Shown: positions 51,077-61,560, counted from the stretch's first letter. The stretch is 64,000 nucleotides of DNA from Arcobacteraceae bacterium (GCA_965224485.1 CBDCZH010000023.1:32001-96000), one strand, 5' to 3'. Notes: generated from the letters alone by a model not told the origin. Numbers and translations are program-made.

Positions 51077-51851
51077 TAAAATATCTTCCTTTATTGCTTT
51101 GAAGTTCTAAAGGAAGATCAAAAACTTCAGATATATTTTGGCTTGTTAAAATATCTTCTTTTAAACCTTGTTTATATATTTTATTCTTGGCTATTAAAGC
51201 TATATTAGTAATTTCACTTATAATTTCTTCTATATGATGGGTTATAACAATAATTGTTAATTTTTTTGATAGTTTTTTCATTAAAGCTAAAAACTCTCTT
51301 TGTGCTTTTATATCTAATCCACTTGTTGGTTCATCTAATAATAAAGCCTTAGGATCAAAGATAAGGGCTCTTGCTATTAAACACTTACGTAATTCACCAG
51401 TTGACATATGACGTACTTTTTTATCTCTTAAATACTCTATATTTAAGTACTGTATAATTTCATTTGTTTTTTCATCTTGTTGCTTGGTATATATATGATG
51501 TTTTTGCTTACCTAAAGAAGCATAAAAAGATGAGCGAATTAGTTCAAAAGCACTTGCATTATTACAATGATAATAAAACTCATTTTGTAAGTCATTACTA
51601 ACTATTCCTAAATGTTTTTTAAGTTCAAAAATATCCCAAGTATCTTTTTCAAATATTTTTTTAGTAAAGGTATAATGAGTATTGGGATACAAATCATTTG
51701 AAATTAGTTTTAAAAAAGTAGATTTACCAGAACCATTTGCTCCTAGTATACACCAATGTTCACCCTCTTTAATCTTTATATTTATATTTTGTAGAACTAA
51801 ATATCTATAATCATAACCTATATTTACATTTTTAAATTCCAAAATATTCAT
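51069..51851 (-). CDS. ABC transporter ATP-binding protein (ModF-like, single domain)
   Basis: GEHWCILGANGSGKST, MSTGE, LLDEP and ITHHIEEI motifs. Confidence 0.85.
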   Translation of the reverse strand: MNILEFKNVNIGYDYRYLVLQNINIKIKEGEHWCILGANGSGKSTFLKLISNDLYPNTHYTFTKKIFEKDTWDIFELKKHLGIVSNDLQNEFYYHCNNASAFELIRSSFYASLGKQKHHIYTKQQDEKTNEIIQYLNIEYLRDKKVRHMSTGELRKCLIARALIFDPKALLLDEPTSGLDIKAQREFLALMKKLSKKLTIIVITHHIEEIISEITNIALIAKNKIYKQGLKEDILTSQNISEVFDLPLELQSNKGRYFIK

Positions 51852-51939
51852 TTTATTCTCACTTAATTAAATTTTCTTAACTATTTTACTATTTTTATGT
51901 TAAAATCTGATATATTATAAATATATTAAAGGAAAAACA

Positions 51940-52788
51940 ATGACATACAAAAAATTATTCTTCCCTATTGGTGGAGGAGAAGAGCTTAGAGAGAGAATTC
52001 ATGGTGCGTTAATTATTGGAAAATATTTCAATGCCCATTTAGAAATTTTTAAAGCGCAAGCAAAACCAAGCCAAATAATGCATATTGATGAGAGTTTACC
52101 TGATACAATTTTAAGAGAATTAAATGCAATTGCCCAGCATAATCAAGAAAAAGATCTTCACAAACATGAAATAATTTTTGAAGAAGAATTAAATAAAGTG
52201 GGCAATATCAACTCAAAAAAAGCCATCAAAGATAAGCCAAGTGCAAGTATAATTACAGGAGATGGTTATAGAAGTAAACTAATAGAACAAGAATCAAAAT
52301 ATTGTGATTTAGTTATTGTTTCTTCGCCTCATAATGGAAGATTAACAGCTACTTTTGAAACAACAGTAATAAAAAGTGGAAAACCAGCTTTAATGTTTCC
52401 AAGAGAAATGACAAGTTTTTCAACTAACAATATTTTAATAGCTTGGAATAATTCTCCTGAAGCCTCAAGAGCTTTAACAGAAGCTATTCCTCTTATGAAA
52501 GAAGCTAAAAAAGTACAGATAATAACATCAAAAGAATATTCTCCAACAGAGAAAAATATTAAAAAGCTACAAGAGTACTTAGAAATACATGATATTAGTA
52601 CTACTTACGAAATAGTTAAAACTACTAAAACTCCTGGTGAAGCTTTATTAAAATATGCACAAAAAGGTAATTATGATTTAATTATTGCAGGTGCTTTTGG
52701 ACAAAAAGGTTTACGAGAACTTATGTTAGGTGGAACAACTAAATATATTTTAGAAAATAGTAATATTCCTATTTTTATGGCTCATTAA
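51940..52788 (+). CDS. Universal stress protein (tandem USP domains)
   Basis: ILIAWNNSPEASRA and DLIIAGAFG...LGGTT...IPIFMAH motifs. Confidence 0.9.
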   Translation: MTYKKLFFPIGGGEELRERIHGALIIGKYFNAHLEIFKAQAKPSQIMHIDESLPDTILRELNAIAQHNQEKDLHKHEIIFEEELNKVGNINSKKAIKDKPSASIITGDGYRSKLIEQESKYCDLVIVSSPHNGRLTATFETTVIKSGKPALMFPREMTSFSTNNILIAWNNSPEASRALTEAIPLMKEAKKVQIITSKEYSPTEKNIKKLQEYLEIHDISTTYEIVKTTKTPGEALLKYAQKGNYDLIIAGAFGQKGLRELMLGGTTKYILENSNIPIFMAH

Positions 52789-52791
52789 GAC

Positions 52792-52824
52792 TAAACTTAA
52801 CTAATTTTTAATTAGTTAAGTTTA
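52792..52824 (+). terminator. Hairpin after the usp gene
   Basis: 15-bp inverted repeat TAAACTTAACTAATT / AATTAGTTAAGTTTA. Confidence 0.55.
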
Positions 52825-52994
52825 AAAACTCTCTTTAGTTTAGGCTACTTTTTAAAAATGTTTTTCCCTCTTCATCTTTTAGAAATATTATGCCAAGATT
52901 TCAAAAAAAACTTTTTATTATAAATTAAAGATTTATATAAATTCTATGGAATGACCCCACTTAACTAGACATTTACTTACTCTGCAAAAACCTA

Positions 52995-53533
52995 CTATTT
53001 TGAGATCATTTCATGATACCTTTTTTCAAATTCATTTGGAGAAATACTTCCCACATAACTATGTCTTCTTTTTGAATTATAAAACATTTCAATATATTTA
53101 AATATCTTCGAACTTGCTTCTTTTCTTCTTTTAAACACTTCTTTTCTAACTAATTCTCTTTTTATTGTTTTGAAAAAACTTTCAGCCACTGCATTATCAT
53201 AACAGTTACCACGTCTGCTCATACTTAGAGTGATATTATGACTTTTTGCTAAGTTAACGTTAGATTCATTTTTACTTATTCTCAATACTGCTTTAGATAA
53301 AGCATTTTCAATTAAATCAGTAGTTTGTCTACTTCCTGTTGCCAACCTATTATTTTTCTATAAAATAAATCTAATACAGTTGCAAGATACAACCAGCCCT
53401 CATGTGTGCGAATGTAAGTAATATCACTAGGATTTGATGTATTAAAATATTGTTTTAAAAGATTTGAATGTGCTTTATGTATTGAACCAGCCATACTTCT
53501 AGGCTTTTTCTTATACATCATAATAACCACTTC
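52995..53533 (-). pseudogene. IS3 orfB (DDE transposase) remnant
   Basis: RSGYYD, SDITYIRTHEGWLYLA and SRRGNCYDNAVAESFF motifs, with frameshift and internal deletions. Confidence 0.88.
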
Positions 53534-53697
53534 GGCACCCCCAAGGGTATTTCTTTCAGGGCATGTACTTTCATTACTTTACATAGTTTACTAATTCTAT
53601 AAATTGAACTATGTTCTTTAATATAAAAATATTTTAATTTATGTGGCTTGCAAAGTACATGCTGTGAGTGAAAAGAGGAAATACTCTTGGGGTGCCG
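53533..53697. mobile_element. MITE-like element with terminal inverted repeats inside the IS3
   Basis: CGGCACCCCCAAGGGTATTTC pairs with GAAATACTCTTGGGGTGCCG; inner GCATGTACTTT pairs with AAAGTACATGC; AT-rich non-coding core. Confidence 0.6.
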
Positions 53698-53940
53698 CGG
53701 CCTTTTTTAGTATGTCTCTCTCTCTCTTTCGTAACTCTTTTTAGCTCTTTATGAAGTTTTTTAATTTCTACATCTTTTAAATCTATTTCTTGATGCTTTT
53801 TTATTGCGTCAGGAGATTCTAATCTTTTAAATCTTTATTTACTACAAGTCTTAGAGCTGTTTCCCTGATACTATATCCATTTTTAATAAATAATTTACTG
53901 CTTCTATTCTAAACTCTTCTGTATATTTTATTCTTCCCAT
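53698..53940 (-). pseudogene. IS3 orfA remnant
   Basis: MGRIKYTEEFRIEAV...KKLHKELKRV...ILKKAA, frameshifted. Confidence 0.8.
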
Positions 53941-54156
53941 TTTTAACCCTTTGCTTAAATAAAATGATTTAAATCATTATTACATTAATTTACTAAATTA
54001 AGTTTGTCTATTTTTCTGGGGTCATTCCAGTTTGGGGCTTTAAAGAAGAAAAGACAGTTTATGCCTAGCAACACTTCTTTGGAGGAATTGATATGCGACT
54101 TCATATATGAGAATAACTATAGCCCACATTCTTTGGATGAAATCAAATACTCTGAG

Positions 54157-54185
54157 CCCTTTGATTTTTTTAAAAAATCAAAGGG
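54157..54185. terminator. Hairpin downstream of the NhaC-family gene
   Basis: Perfect 14-bp inverted repeat CCCTTTGATTTTTT-t-AAAAAATCAAAGGG. Confidence 0.6.
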
Positions 54186-54193
54186 GTGCAGAA

Positions 54194-55624
54194 TTATTTT
54201 TTTACTTTCTTCAAATCCCTGCCATCTGTATACCATACAGCTGTATTTGTTAAAGCATATAATATAGCCAAAACAGGACAGATAAGTAAGAAAAATGCAT
54301 ATGGAGCATAATCAAGTGTTGCTATTCCTAATACACCTGCCGCAAATATTGCATCATTACCCCAAGGTACCAAAAACGCAAATAGCGTACCACTATCTTC
54401 TAAGGTACGCGATAAAACTTTAGGATCAACTTTAAGGCGCTTATATTCAGGTCTCAATGTTTCTCCTGGAATGATAATTGAAACATATTGGCTTGCACTT
54501 AACATATTTGTTGCAAGGCAAGAAAAAACTGTTATAATTATTAACCTTGCAGGAGTAGTAATCCATTTTTCTACAGATTTAAGTATGGCTTTTAGTACAC
54601 CAGTACGATTTAGAATCTCTCCAAAAGCTAGAACTATCAAAGCAGTTGTAATAATCCATGCCATGCTACTAATCCCACCACGATTAAGTAATTTAGCAGT
54701 GTCAGCATTTGTAAACTCATAATCTAAACCTGTAAATAAAGCAACTATAACTTCTCTTGCAGAAAAAGACGGTTGGAAGATAAGCGCTACTACAGTAGCA
54801 ATCATAGCACTAATAACCATTGCTGGAATTGCTGGAATTTTACGAGCAATCATAACAACTGTCAATATTGGAATTACCAAAAACAGGGGACTTATAAGAA
54901 AAACAGAATCAATGTTTGCTAAAATGTCAGCAGCTTTAACTATTTGTATATCACTAGAAGCATCATATTGAAGACCAATAAAACCAAATAGTAAAAGACT
55001 TATTAAAATGGCTGGTCCACCAGTATATAACATAGAATGAATATGAGTAAATAAAGGTGTTCCTGCAGTTGCCGCGGAAAGATTTGTTGTATCAGAAAAT
55101 GGTGACATTTTATCACCAAAGAGTGCACCTGATATAATCATTCCGCCAGCTATTGGTAAAGGCACACCAATAGCCCCTGCAACTCCAACTAAAGCGACTC
55201 CCACAGTACCGATAGTACCAAATGATGTACCAGTAAAATATGATGTAAGGGAACACAAAATCAAACCCGTTACTAAGTATGTAGAGGGTGTTAAAAACGA
55301 AATCCCATAATATATAATACTTGGTATAATTCCACTAACAATCCATGACCCAATGATAAGACCAACGGCTAGGAATATACCAACGATCAAAGAAGCGTTT
55401 TTAAAGCCATCTAAAATATATTTTTCAACATCTTTTAGTGTATTGCCAAGAAATACCGCAGCTGCTCCAAGATATATTAGACAAAGAATCAGCGTTCCTC
55501 GAGTAGGCAGTTTAAGCCAAAGTAAACATACCATAATTATAACCGTAACACCAGCTATTATTAAAAGTGCCCATTTTAAAGGTACCTTTTTTTTATTTTC
55601 TTCTATCACAATTTCTTCTTTCAT
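54194..55624 (-). CDS. nhaC: NhaC-family antiporter / amino-acid transporter
   Basis: TGTSFGT, GALFGDKMSPFSDTTNL and SRTLEDSGT...VPW motifs. Confidence 0.85.
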   Translation of the reverse strand: MKEEIVIEENKKKVPLKWALLIIAGVTVIIMVCLLWLKLPTRGTLILCLIYLGAAAVFLGNTLKDVEKYILDGFKNASLIVGIFLAVGLIIGSWIVSGIIPSIIYYGISFLTPSTYLVTGLILCSLTSYFTGTSFGTIGTVGVALVGVAGAIGVPLPIAGGMIISGALFGDKMSPFSDTTNLSAATAGTPLFTHIHSMLYTGGPAILISLLLFGFIGLQYDASSDIQIVKAADILANIDSVFLISPLFLVIPILTVVMIARKIPAIPAMVISAMIATVVALIFQPSFSAREVIVALFTGLDYEFTNADTAKLLNRGGISSMAWIITTALIVLAFGEILNRTGVLKAILKSVEKWITTPARLIIITVFSCLATNMLSASQYVSIIIPGETLRPEYKRLKVDPKVLSRTLEDSGTLFAFLVPWGNDAIFAAGVLGIATLDYAPYAFFLLICPVLAILYALTNTAVWYTDGRDLKKVKK

Positions 55625-55795
55625 TATAATCTCCTTAAAAATTATTAAAAATATAGAATCTACTATTCTAATATAAGCAAAAATATTTATGCTTGCTGCA
55701 ATATATATATCTCCGGATCATCATTAGAAGTGTCCATTTTAAGGCATACTTCTTTCTTCTTCCTCTTTTTCCCTCATAACTCCTTATAAATTATT

Positions 55796-56524
55796 TTAAT
55801 AAATAGAATTTACCATACTCATATAATCAAAAACTATTACACCTGTTTCATCATATATATCTTGAGCAAATGGAGGTAAATCTGTACATTCAAGCAAAAT
55901 TGCACCTATGTTTTCGTTTTCCTTACATGCTTTCATAGATATACCAACCACATCTTTTTTTATTAAATCTAAATCTAAACCTTCTTGCGAATGTAAATGA
56001 ATTTTTTTCCATTCAGATGCATTTTCCAAACCATAAACTTTAATTCTGTGCTTATTTTCCACGTTAACACCTGCAATTTCCAAATGTTTGTCACTTAATG
56101 ATTGTTTATTTGCAGTAATAATAGCGATACTTTTATCGCCAATTGCATTTAAGATAAAAGGTATTTGCAATAAAGCCGAACTAAAAATTGGTATTGGCGA
56201 TGCTTTAGATAGTTGTTGCTGAAATATTATATTAAAACCACAACTAGTAAAAATTCCTTTGACATTATGCTTATCAACACCATTTTGACTATATATATTT
56301 TTTGCTTGTTCAATCATGTTTTGTACTACTATTTGTGAAGGTTCAACTATCACAGTTTTATAATTTGCCTTGTCAATTTGAATAAACTCAACAGCACAAG
56401 CATAGCTAGATGGATTCATACTATTACCCTTAAGAGTCGCTAGTTTATCTAGCCCCTTAGGATTACCCCCATCTTCCCAACAAAAAACAACTAATTTATC
56501 TCTCATATCTTTTGACACTTTCAT
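55796..56524 (-). CDS. Aspartate/glutamate/hydantoin racemase-family protein
   Basis: TSCGF and AILLECTDLPPF Cys pair; ATG 56524 forms an ATGA overlap with the upstream stop. Confidence 0.75.
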   Translation of the reverse strand: MKVSKDMRDKLVVFCWEDGGNPKGLDKLATLKGNSMNPSSYACAVEFIQIDKANYKTVIVEPSQIVVQNMIEQAKNIYSQNGVDKHNVKGIFTSCGFNIIFQQQLSKASPIPIFSSALLQIPFILNAIGDKSIAIITANKQSLSDKHLEIAGVNVENKHRIKVYGLENASEWKKIHLHSQEGLDLDLIKKDVVGISMKACKENENIGAILLECTDLPPFAQDIYDETGVIVFDYMSMVNSIY

Positions 56525-57741
56525 AGTTTTCCATCCCAATTCTTTTCATAAATATCATATGTTAAAGAACGCCTTTCTAGTTGTTTAAAATATTCTTCAA
56601 TATTAATATCTATAGGACAAAGTAAACCTGGAGTATTGATTTTATTTTCTAAAATCATCGTACATCCTATTGATGCTGAAAAGCTTACAGTTCTTTGCAT
56701 AGCCGATAAATTTTGCTCATGATTAAATGTATCTAGCATTTGTAATATAAAATGTTTTTTCTCTCCATTTTTAATGCCCTTAACCTCGACCCTAACAATT
56801 ACGGCATCAGATTCATTTTTTTTATAGAAAAATTGATCTTGACTGGCAAGCAAGCTAGCACAAAATTCGTCAGGCTTAACCATTACGCCATTGACATCAA
56901 TTTCCTTATCTCCTAAAAAGCCACATTTAGCCATTTTTTCCCAAAAATCACCATGACCTGCCCAACGACAAATATATCGCCCCATTTCTTTCAAGCTATC
57001 ACCTAAGCCAAATCTAGATATATAAGAGACAGCATTACCATTACAAAAACATTCTAGCTCTTCATCAAATTCTGCTATTTGTAAATTATGTCTATTTGCT
57101 TTAGAAAATATTTCATCCTTATTAATAGTCTTAACTTTTCCATCTTTTAATATAGTTGCAGGTCGCAAGTAAGATTTTATAACGCCTATAATTGACCAAG
57201 TGAATTTGTATTTAAGCGGGTTATTTGCCACATCTAAATCAGGAAAACCAGCACCATAAGAATGCATAGAATGGACTTCGTCTAGTTGGCTGATTGCCAT
57301 TTTTCCCATGGCAAGATCTATACCTGGATCCATTCCAAACTCTTCTAATATTATTACATTGTTTTTAACGGCTTGCTCTTTAATTTTTGTGACTCGTTTT
57401 TGTTTTTCAACATCATTTGCAAATGATGGATTGTTCACATAACTTGTAGTAAGCAAATTAACTCCTAGTTTTACAGCAAGCTCTGCCATATCCAAGGTAA
57501 ATTGTGGAGGAAATAGCTCAATAACAACATCATGAGCTTTCATAAGTTCAGTTATTTTAGTGATATCATCACCTCTTGCATGAACTGATACTATTCTATC
57601 ATCAGCGAGATCTATGCAATCATTATGAAAATTGTCATAACAATCTACTATTGTTAATTGAGAAAATTTCCCATGTTTTAATAAATCATAAACACAACCT
57701 TTCCCTTGCATTCCGTAACCTAATTGTAAAATTTTTGACAT
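56521..57741 (-). CDS. Saccharopine dehydrogenase / lysine 6-dehydrogenase family oxidoreductase
   Basis: LGYGMQG Rossmann motif; FGMDPGID, NPLKYKFTWS and SAMQRTV motifs. Confidence 0.85.
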   Translation of the reverse strand: MSKILQLGYGMQGKGCVYDLLKHGKFSQLTIVDCYDNFHNDCIDLADDRIVSVHARGDDITKITELMKAHDVVIELFPPQFTLDMAELAVKLGVNLLTTSYVNNPSFANDVEKQKRVTKIKEQAVKNNVIILEEFGMDPGIDLAMGKMAISQLDEVHSMHSYGAGFPDLDVANNPLKYKFTWSIIGVIKSYLRPATILKDGKVKTINKDEIFSKANRHNLQIAEFDEELECFCNGNAVSYISRFGLGDSLKEMGRYICRWAGHGDFWEKMAKCGFLGDKEIDVNGVMVKPDEFCASLLASQDQFFYKKNESDAVIVRVEVKGIKNGEKKHFILQMLDTFNHEQNLSAMQRTVSFSASIGCTMILENKINTPGLLCPIDINIEEYFKQLERRSLTYDIYEKNWDGKL

Positions 57742-57913
57742 ATATTTCTCCTTAAATAATCTTTTCGATTATTATTATATCTGTTTTTTCATAATTAGAA
57801 CCCAATTATAAAAGAATGTTATTTATTAATTGTAATAAAGTTACTTTACGTTTTTATCTTCAGTCAAAAAGGTTACAAATCGAAATGGCTGCATAGATAA
57901 TTATTTCTTTGCC

Positions 57914-58108
57914 ATGTTTAGGGTTGCTCTATCGCAACAGCAAAAGACACTAAAACCAGACAAGCCTAGCAAAAAACTAAATAGAAAACACAGTAAATAT
58001 GATGAGACTTTTGGGTCAAAGTATAACTGTTATCAAGTAGCCAAAGGTGCAAAAGTAAGTTATAACACTGCTTGCAAATACAAAGACTTTATTCTTCAAA
58101 ACAGCTAA
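57914..58108 (+). other. Small basic ORF with C-terminal HTH-like segment (possible mobile-element remnant)
   Basis: YQVAKGAKVSYNTACKY resembles an HTH; no clear RBS. Confidence 0.35.
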
Positions 58109-58200
58109 AAATAATATCTTATTTTTAAATAAATATTTATTACTTAAAGTGATTTTTTTATTTTTTGTGGTAATATTTTGCAACTTAAAGGACAAAATAT

Positions 58201-59421
58201 ATGAGAAACTTTATTAGCTACGATACTTCATTAGAAATTTTAAACAAACTTAACTTTAGTAAAAAATCAAAAGAAAAACTTTTTATATCAAATGCAAGAA
58301 ATAGAGTTTTATGTGATGATATAATAGCAGATCATAACAGCCCTGCTTTTGTAACTTCTGCTATGGATGGTTATGCTATAAAACATGAAGATTTACAAAT
58401 AAAAAAAATCAAAATCATTGCAAATAACCCAGCTGGTGAAGTTGTACAAGCTTGTGTAAGTAATAAGGTTTGTATTAAAACTTTTACAGGCTCACTTATG
58501 CCAAAAGGTGCTGATACCTTAATACCTATTGAAAATGTGGAAGTAATTAATGGGGAAATTCATATTAAAAAAGAAGTACCCTTAGGTTTTGCTATTAGAA
58601 AGGTAGGTGAAAACTATAAAGAAAATGAAGTATTAATTAAAAAAGATACTATTATAGGTTTTGCTGAAATAGGAGTTTTAGCTTCTTTAAATATAGCCCA
58701 AGTATATGTATATAAAAAACCAGTAGTTGCAGTTGCTAGTACTGGAAGTGAAATTTTAGACCTAGGTGAAGTTCAAACAAATGATTCACAAATAAGAAGT
58801 TCAAATCATTTAACAATTGAAGCCTTATGTAATAAAGCAGGTGCAAATACTTTACAATTAGGAATTGTAAAAGATGATATAACTTCAATTACAAATCTTA
58901 TGACCTCTGCTTTAAAAGATTGCGATATTCTTGTAACAACAGGTGGAGTATCTGTTGGTGATTATGATTTTGTACAAGATGTTATAAAAGATAAGTTAAA
59001 AGCTGATGTTTTATTTCATGGAGTAATTATTAAACCAGGAATGCACATCTTAATTGCAAAAAAAGATGAAAAACTAATCATTGCCCTTCCTGGTTTTGCT
59101 TACTCTTCAACTGTTTGTGCTATTTTATACGTACTTCCTATGATTTATAAACTAGAAGGCGCAAATAAATCCTTACCTCTTGTAAAAGCTAGAATAGCTC
59201 AAGATTATAAGCTAAAAATGCCAAAAACTATTTTTACTGCTTGTAATGTAAAATATGAAAATAATGAATATAAAATAGATTTTGAAGGTAAAAAACAAGG
59301 TACTAGTGCAATTTTGACAAATATGCTAGAAAGCCCTGCTTTGTTAATTCAAAAGCAAGACTCAAAAGATATAAAAGCTAATGATTTAGTAGATATTTTA
59401 TTATTAAATGAACTAAAATAA
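58201..59421 (+). CDS. moeA: Molybdopterin molybdenumtransferase MoeA
   Basis: SAMDGYA, STGSE, TTGGVSVGDYD, KPG and LPG motifs. Confidence 0.95.
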   Translation: MRNFISYDTSLEILNKLNFSKKSKEKLFISNARNRVLCDDIIADHNSPAFVTSAMDGYAIKHEDLQIKKIKIIANNPAGEVVQACVSNKVCIKTFTGSLMPKGADTLIPIENVEVINGEIHIKKEVPLGFAIRKVGENYKENEVLIKKDTIIGFAEIGVLASLNIAQVYVYKKPVVAVASTGSEILDLGEVQTNDSQIRSSNHLTIEALCNKAGANTLQLGIVKDDITSITNLMTSALKDCDILVTTGGVSVGDYDFVQDVIKDKLKADVLFHGVIIKPGMHILIAKKDEKLIIALPGFAYSSTVCAILYVLPMIYKLEGANKSLPLVKARIAQDYKLKMPKTIFTACNVKYENNEYKIDFEGKKQGTSAILTNMLESPALLIQKQDSKDIKANDLVDILLLNELK

Positions 59422-59422
59422 A

Positions 59423-60322
59423 ATGAAAGCTACAAAAGTATATATATTAATAAGCTTATGTGTACTTTTTTGGTCTGGAAATTTTATAATTGGAAAGTTT
59501 ATACATACAGAAATAGAAGCTATTGAACTAGCTTTTTTTAGATGGAGCTTTACTCTTTTATTTATTTTACCCACACTATTTTTTATAGATATAAAAAGAA
59601 TACTTAACGTTTATAAAAAAAATATTTTTATTATTACTCTATTGGCTTTTTTAGGAATCACTTTATTCAATACTATTGTTTATACTGCTTTAAAAAGTAC
59701 AAGTGCTACAAATGCTTTATTAATTAATTCAAGCACGCCTTTAATTATATTGCTTTTATCTTCTTTAATATTTAAAAATTTTATTTCAAAATTACAAATT
59801 TTAGGAATAGTAATTTCTACTATAGGAGTTGTTTTTTTAGTGTTAAAAGGCGATTTTTTAAATATTTTAGACTTATCTTATCATGCTGGTGATTTTTGGA
59901 TTATTATTTCCTCTTTTTGCTGGGCTTTATACTCAGTTTTAGTAAAACTTAAACCTAAAGAGCTTAACTTTTATGAGTTCTTTATTCTTATTGTATTTAT
60001 TGGTTTTATTCTACTTTTACCTCTATATTTATATCAAAACTACTCTATAGAACAAGAAATCAAACAAGTTAAAAACTTTTGGTACTTTTTTATCTATATT
60101 TCTTTTTTCACATCAATTTTATCTTATTATTTTTGGAATATAGGAATTGAAGAAATAGGAGCCTCTAAAACAGGACAATTTACACATCTTATGCCTATTT
60201 TTGGCTCGATTTTAGCCTTTGTTTTTTTAAAAGAAAGTTTAGAACTTTATCATATTTTAGGAGCTACTTTAATAGCTTTTGGAATTTATTTATCCTTATT
60301 TATAAAAAAAGCAACTAAGTAG
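59423..60322 (+). CDS. EamA/DMT family transporter
   Basis: FWSGNF, LAFFRW and IGASKTGQFTHLMP motifs. Confidence 0.9.
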   Translation: MKATKVYILISLCVLFWSGNFIIGKFIHTEIEAIELAFFRWSFTLLFILPTLFFIDIKRILNVYKKNIFIITLLAFLGITLFNTIVYTALKSTSATNALLINSSTPLIILLLSSLIFKNFISKLQILGIVISTIGVVFLVLKGDFLNILDLSYHAGDFWIIISSFCWALYSVLVKLKPKELNFYEFFILIVFIGFILLLPLYLYQNYSIEQEIKQVKNFWYFFIYISFFTSILSYYFWNIGIEEIGASKTGQFTHLMPIFGSILAFVFLKESLELYHILGATLIAFGIYLSLFIKKATK

Positions 60323-60330
60323 TTCTTTAT

Positions 60331-61560
60331 TTAAGAAACACTTAGTATTTTACAATTACATAAATCACTACTTTCATATTTTGTTTTCTCATCCGCTTTT
60401 AATCCTGGATAAGGAAAAAGTCTAACAGTTAGAGGTTTATTTAATCTGTAAGCATAAGTTCCAGTATCTCTCATCAACGCAGCTATTTTCTTATTTGTTG
60501 TATTTCCAGGAATTGGAACAGTATCTAAACCTATTCCACAAACAGCAGAATTAGCAAGTAAATCCTTAATATCATATTTGTTTTTACTAACATCTTTTGC
60601 TAAACCCCGATCTTCAATAACTGCTAACATAAGACCAGAAAAACCAACTAAAGGCATATTTTTAACTCCTTTGAAGACTTTTGTTAATAAAGAAGAAACT
60701 TCTATACTTCCAGAGTTTCCAAAATGTTTAACTCCTAATAACTTATAAACATCAATCATAGAAGAACACTCTTTTGAAGGAGCTGCTGAAGAATCAAGTC
60801 CTACAAAATTAAAACCTTTTAATGAAGTTGTTTTTAAAAGTTTTTTTATATTATTTACATGATATTGCAAGGCTTCACTCATTTTAATAGAAGCTAGTTT
60901 AAAAAACTCATTATGTTTTTCACTTGTATATTTAAAAGGAAGATTTTTTAAAACATTAACTAATAAATCAGGTGTTTCTAAACCTAGTACAAAAGAGTTT
61001 TGTGAACTTGAATTAAAATAAGAGGCTGGAAAATAAGGAATAAACTCTTTACAATTAAAATTAACAGTAAAGTTAAAATTACCCTCACCTCTTGGTGTTA
61101 TTTTAGAAATTCTCTTAACTGCTATTGCACAATGTTTAATAAGTTCATTATCTAAAACCCCAGAACTATCAAGTTTTACATTAACACAAGCATTGCATAA
61201 ATCCCCATAATCTCGAATAAGTTCAGGAAGTAAGGCTATTTCTTCATACGTTTTAGCCTCCCCAATTGCAAAACGGATTCTTAGTTTAGAGTCATTTAAT
61301 TTATCTAAGATTGTTTTTATAAAAGATAAGTCTTTTTTAGAATCTGCTAATGAGCTAGTATTTAAATACTCTCCAAAAGCATTTGTAACTATACGAATAC
61401 TTTGTACTTCATAATCATTTTTATTAAACGTTTTACTTAATTTTTTACAGAAATAATAAGCTTTTTTAAGTTCAAAGTCCCAGGTGTTTTTATCTTTTTT
61501 AAGTGTTAAAAAAGTTGTAATTGTTCTTATTTTACAAAGCTCTTTATTTTTATAAGTCAT
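60331..61560 (-). CDS. DUF711 (UPF0210-like) family protein
   Basis: KIRTIT, GLDSSAAP, GFSGLMLAVIED and VCGIGLDTVPIPG motifs; AAGGA RBS before ATG 61560. Confidence 0.82.
   Translation of the reverse strand: MTYKNKELCKIRTITTFLTLKKDKNTWDFELKKAYYFCKKLSKTFNKNDYEVQSIRIVTNAFGEYLNTSSLADSKKDLSFIKTILDKLNDSKLRIRFAIGEAKTYEEIALLPELIRDYGDLCNACVNVKLDSSGVLDNELIKHCAIAVKRISKITPRGEGNFNFTVNFNCKEFIPYFPASYFNSSSQNSFVLGLETPDLLVNVLKNLPFKYTSEKHNEFFKLASIKMSEALQYHVNNIKKLLKTTSLKGFNFVGLDSSAAPSKECSSMIDVYKLLGVKHFGNSGSIEVSSLLTKVFKGVKNMPLVGFSGLMLAVIEDRGLAKDVSKNKYDIKDLLANSAVCGIGLDTVPIPGNTTNKKIAALMRDTGTYAYRLNKPLTVRLFPYPGLKADEKTKYESSDLCNCKILSVS

Larger units (their letters stand above)
52947..54029 (-). mobile_element. Degenerate IS3-family insertion sequence
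   Basis: Terminal IRs TGGAATGACCCCA...TAGACA (52947) and TGTCTA...TGGGGTCATTCCA (54029); orfA and orfB remnants inside; no target duplication seen. Confidence 0.9.

Noticed and set aside
54030..54150. Possible IS200 tnpA fragment next to the IS3 end
   Set aside because: Only a vague HSLDEIKY resemblance; not supportable without a search
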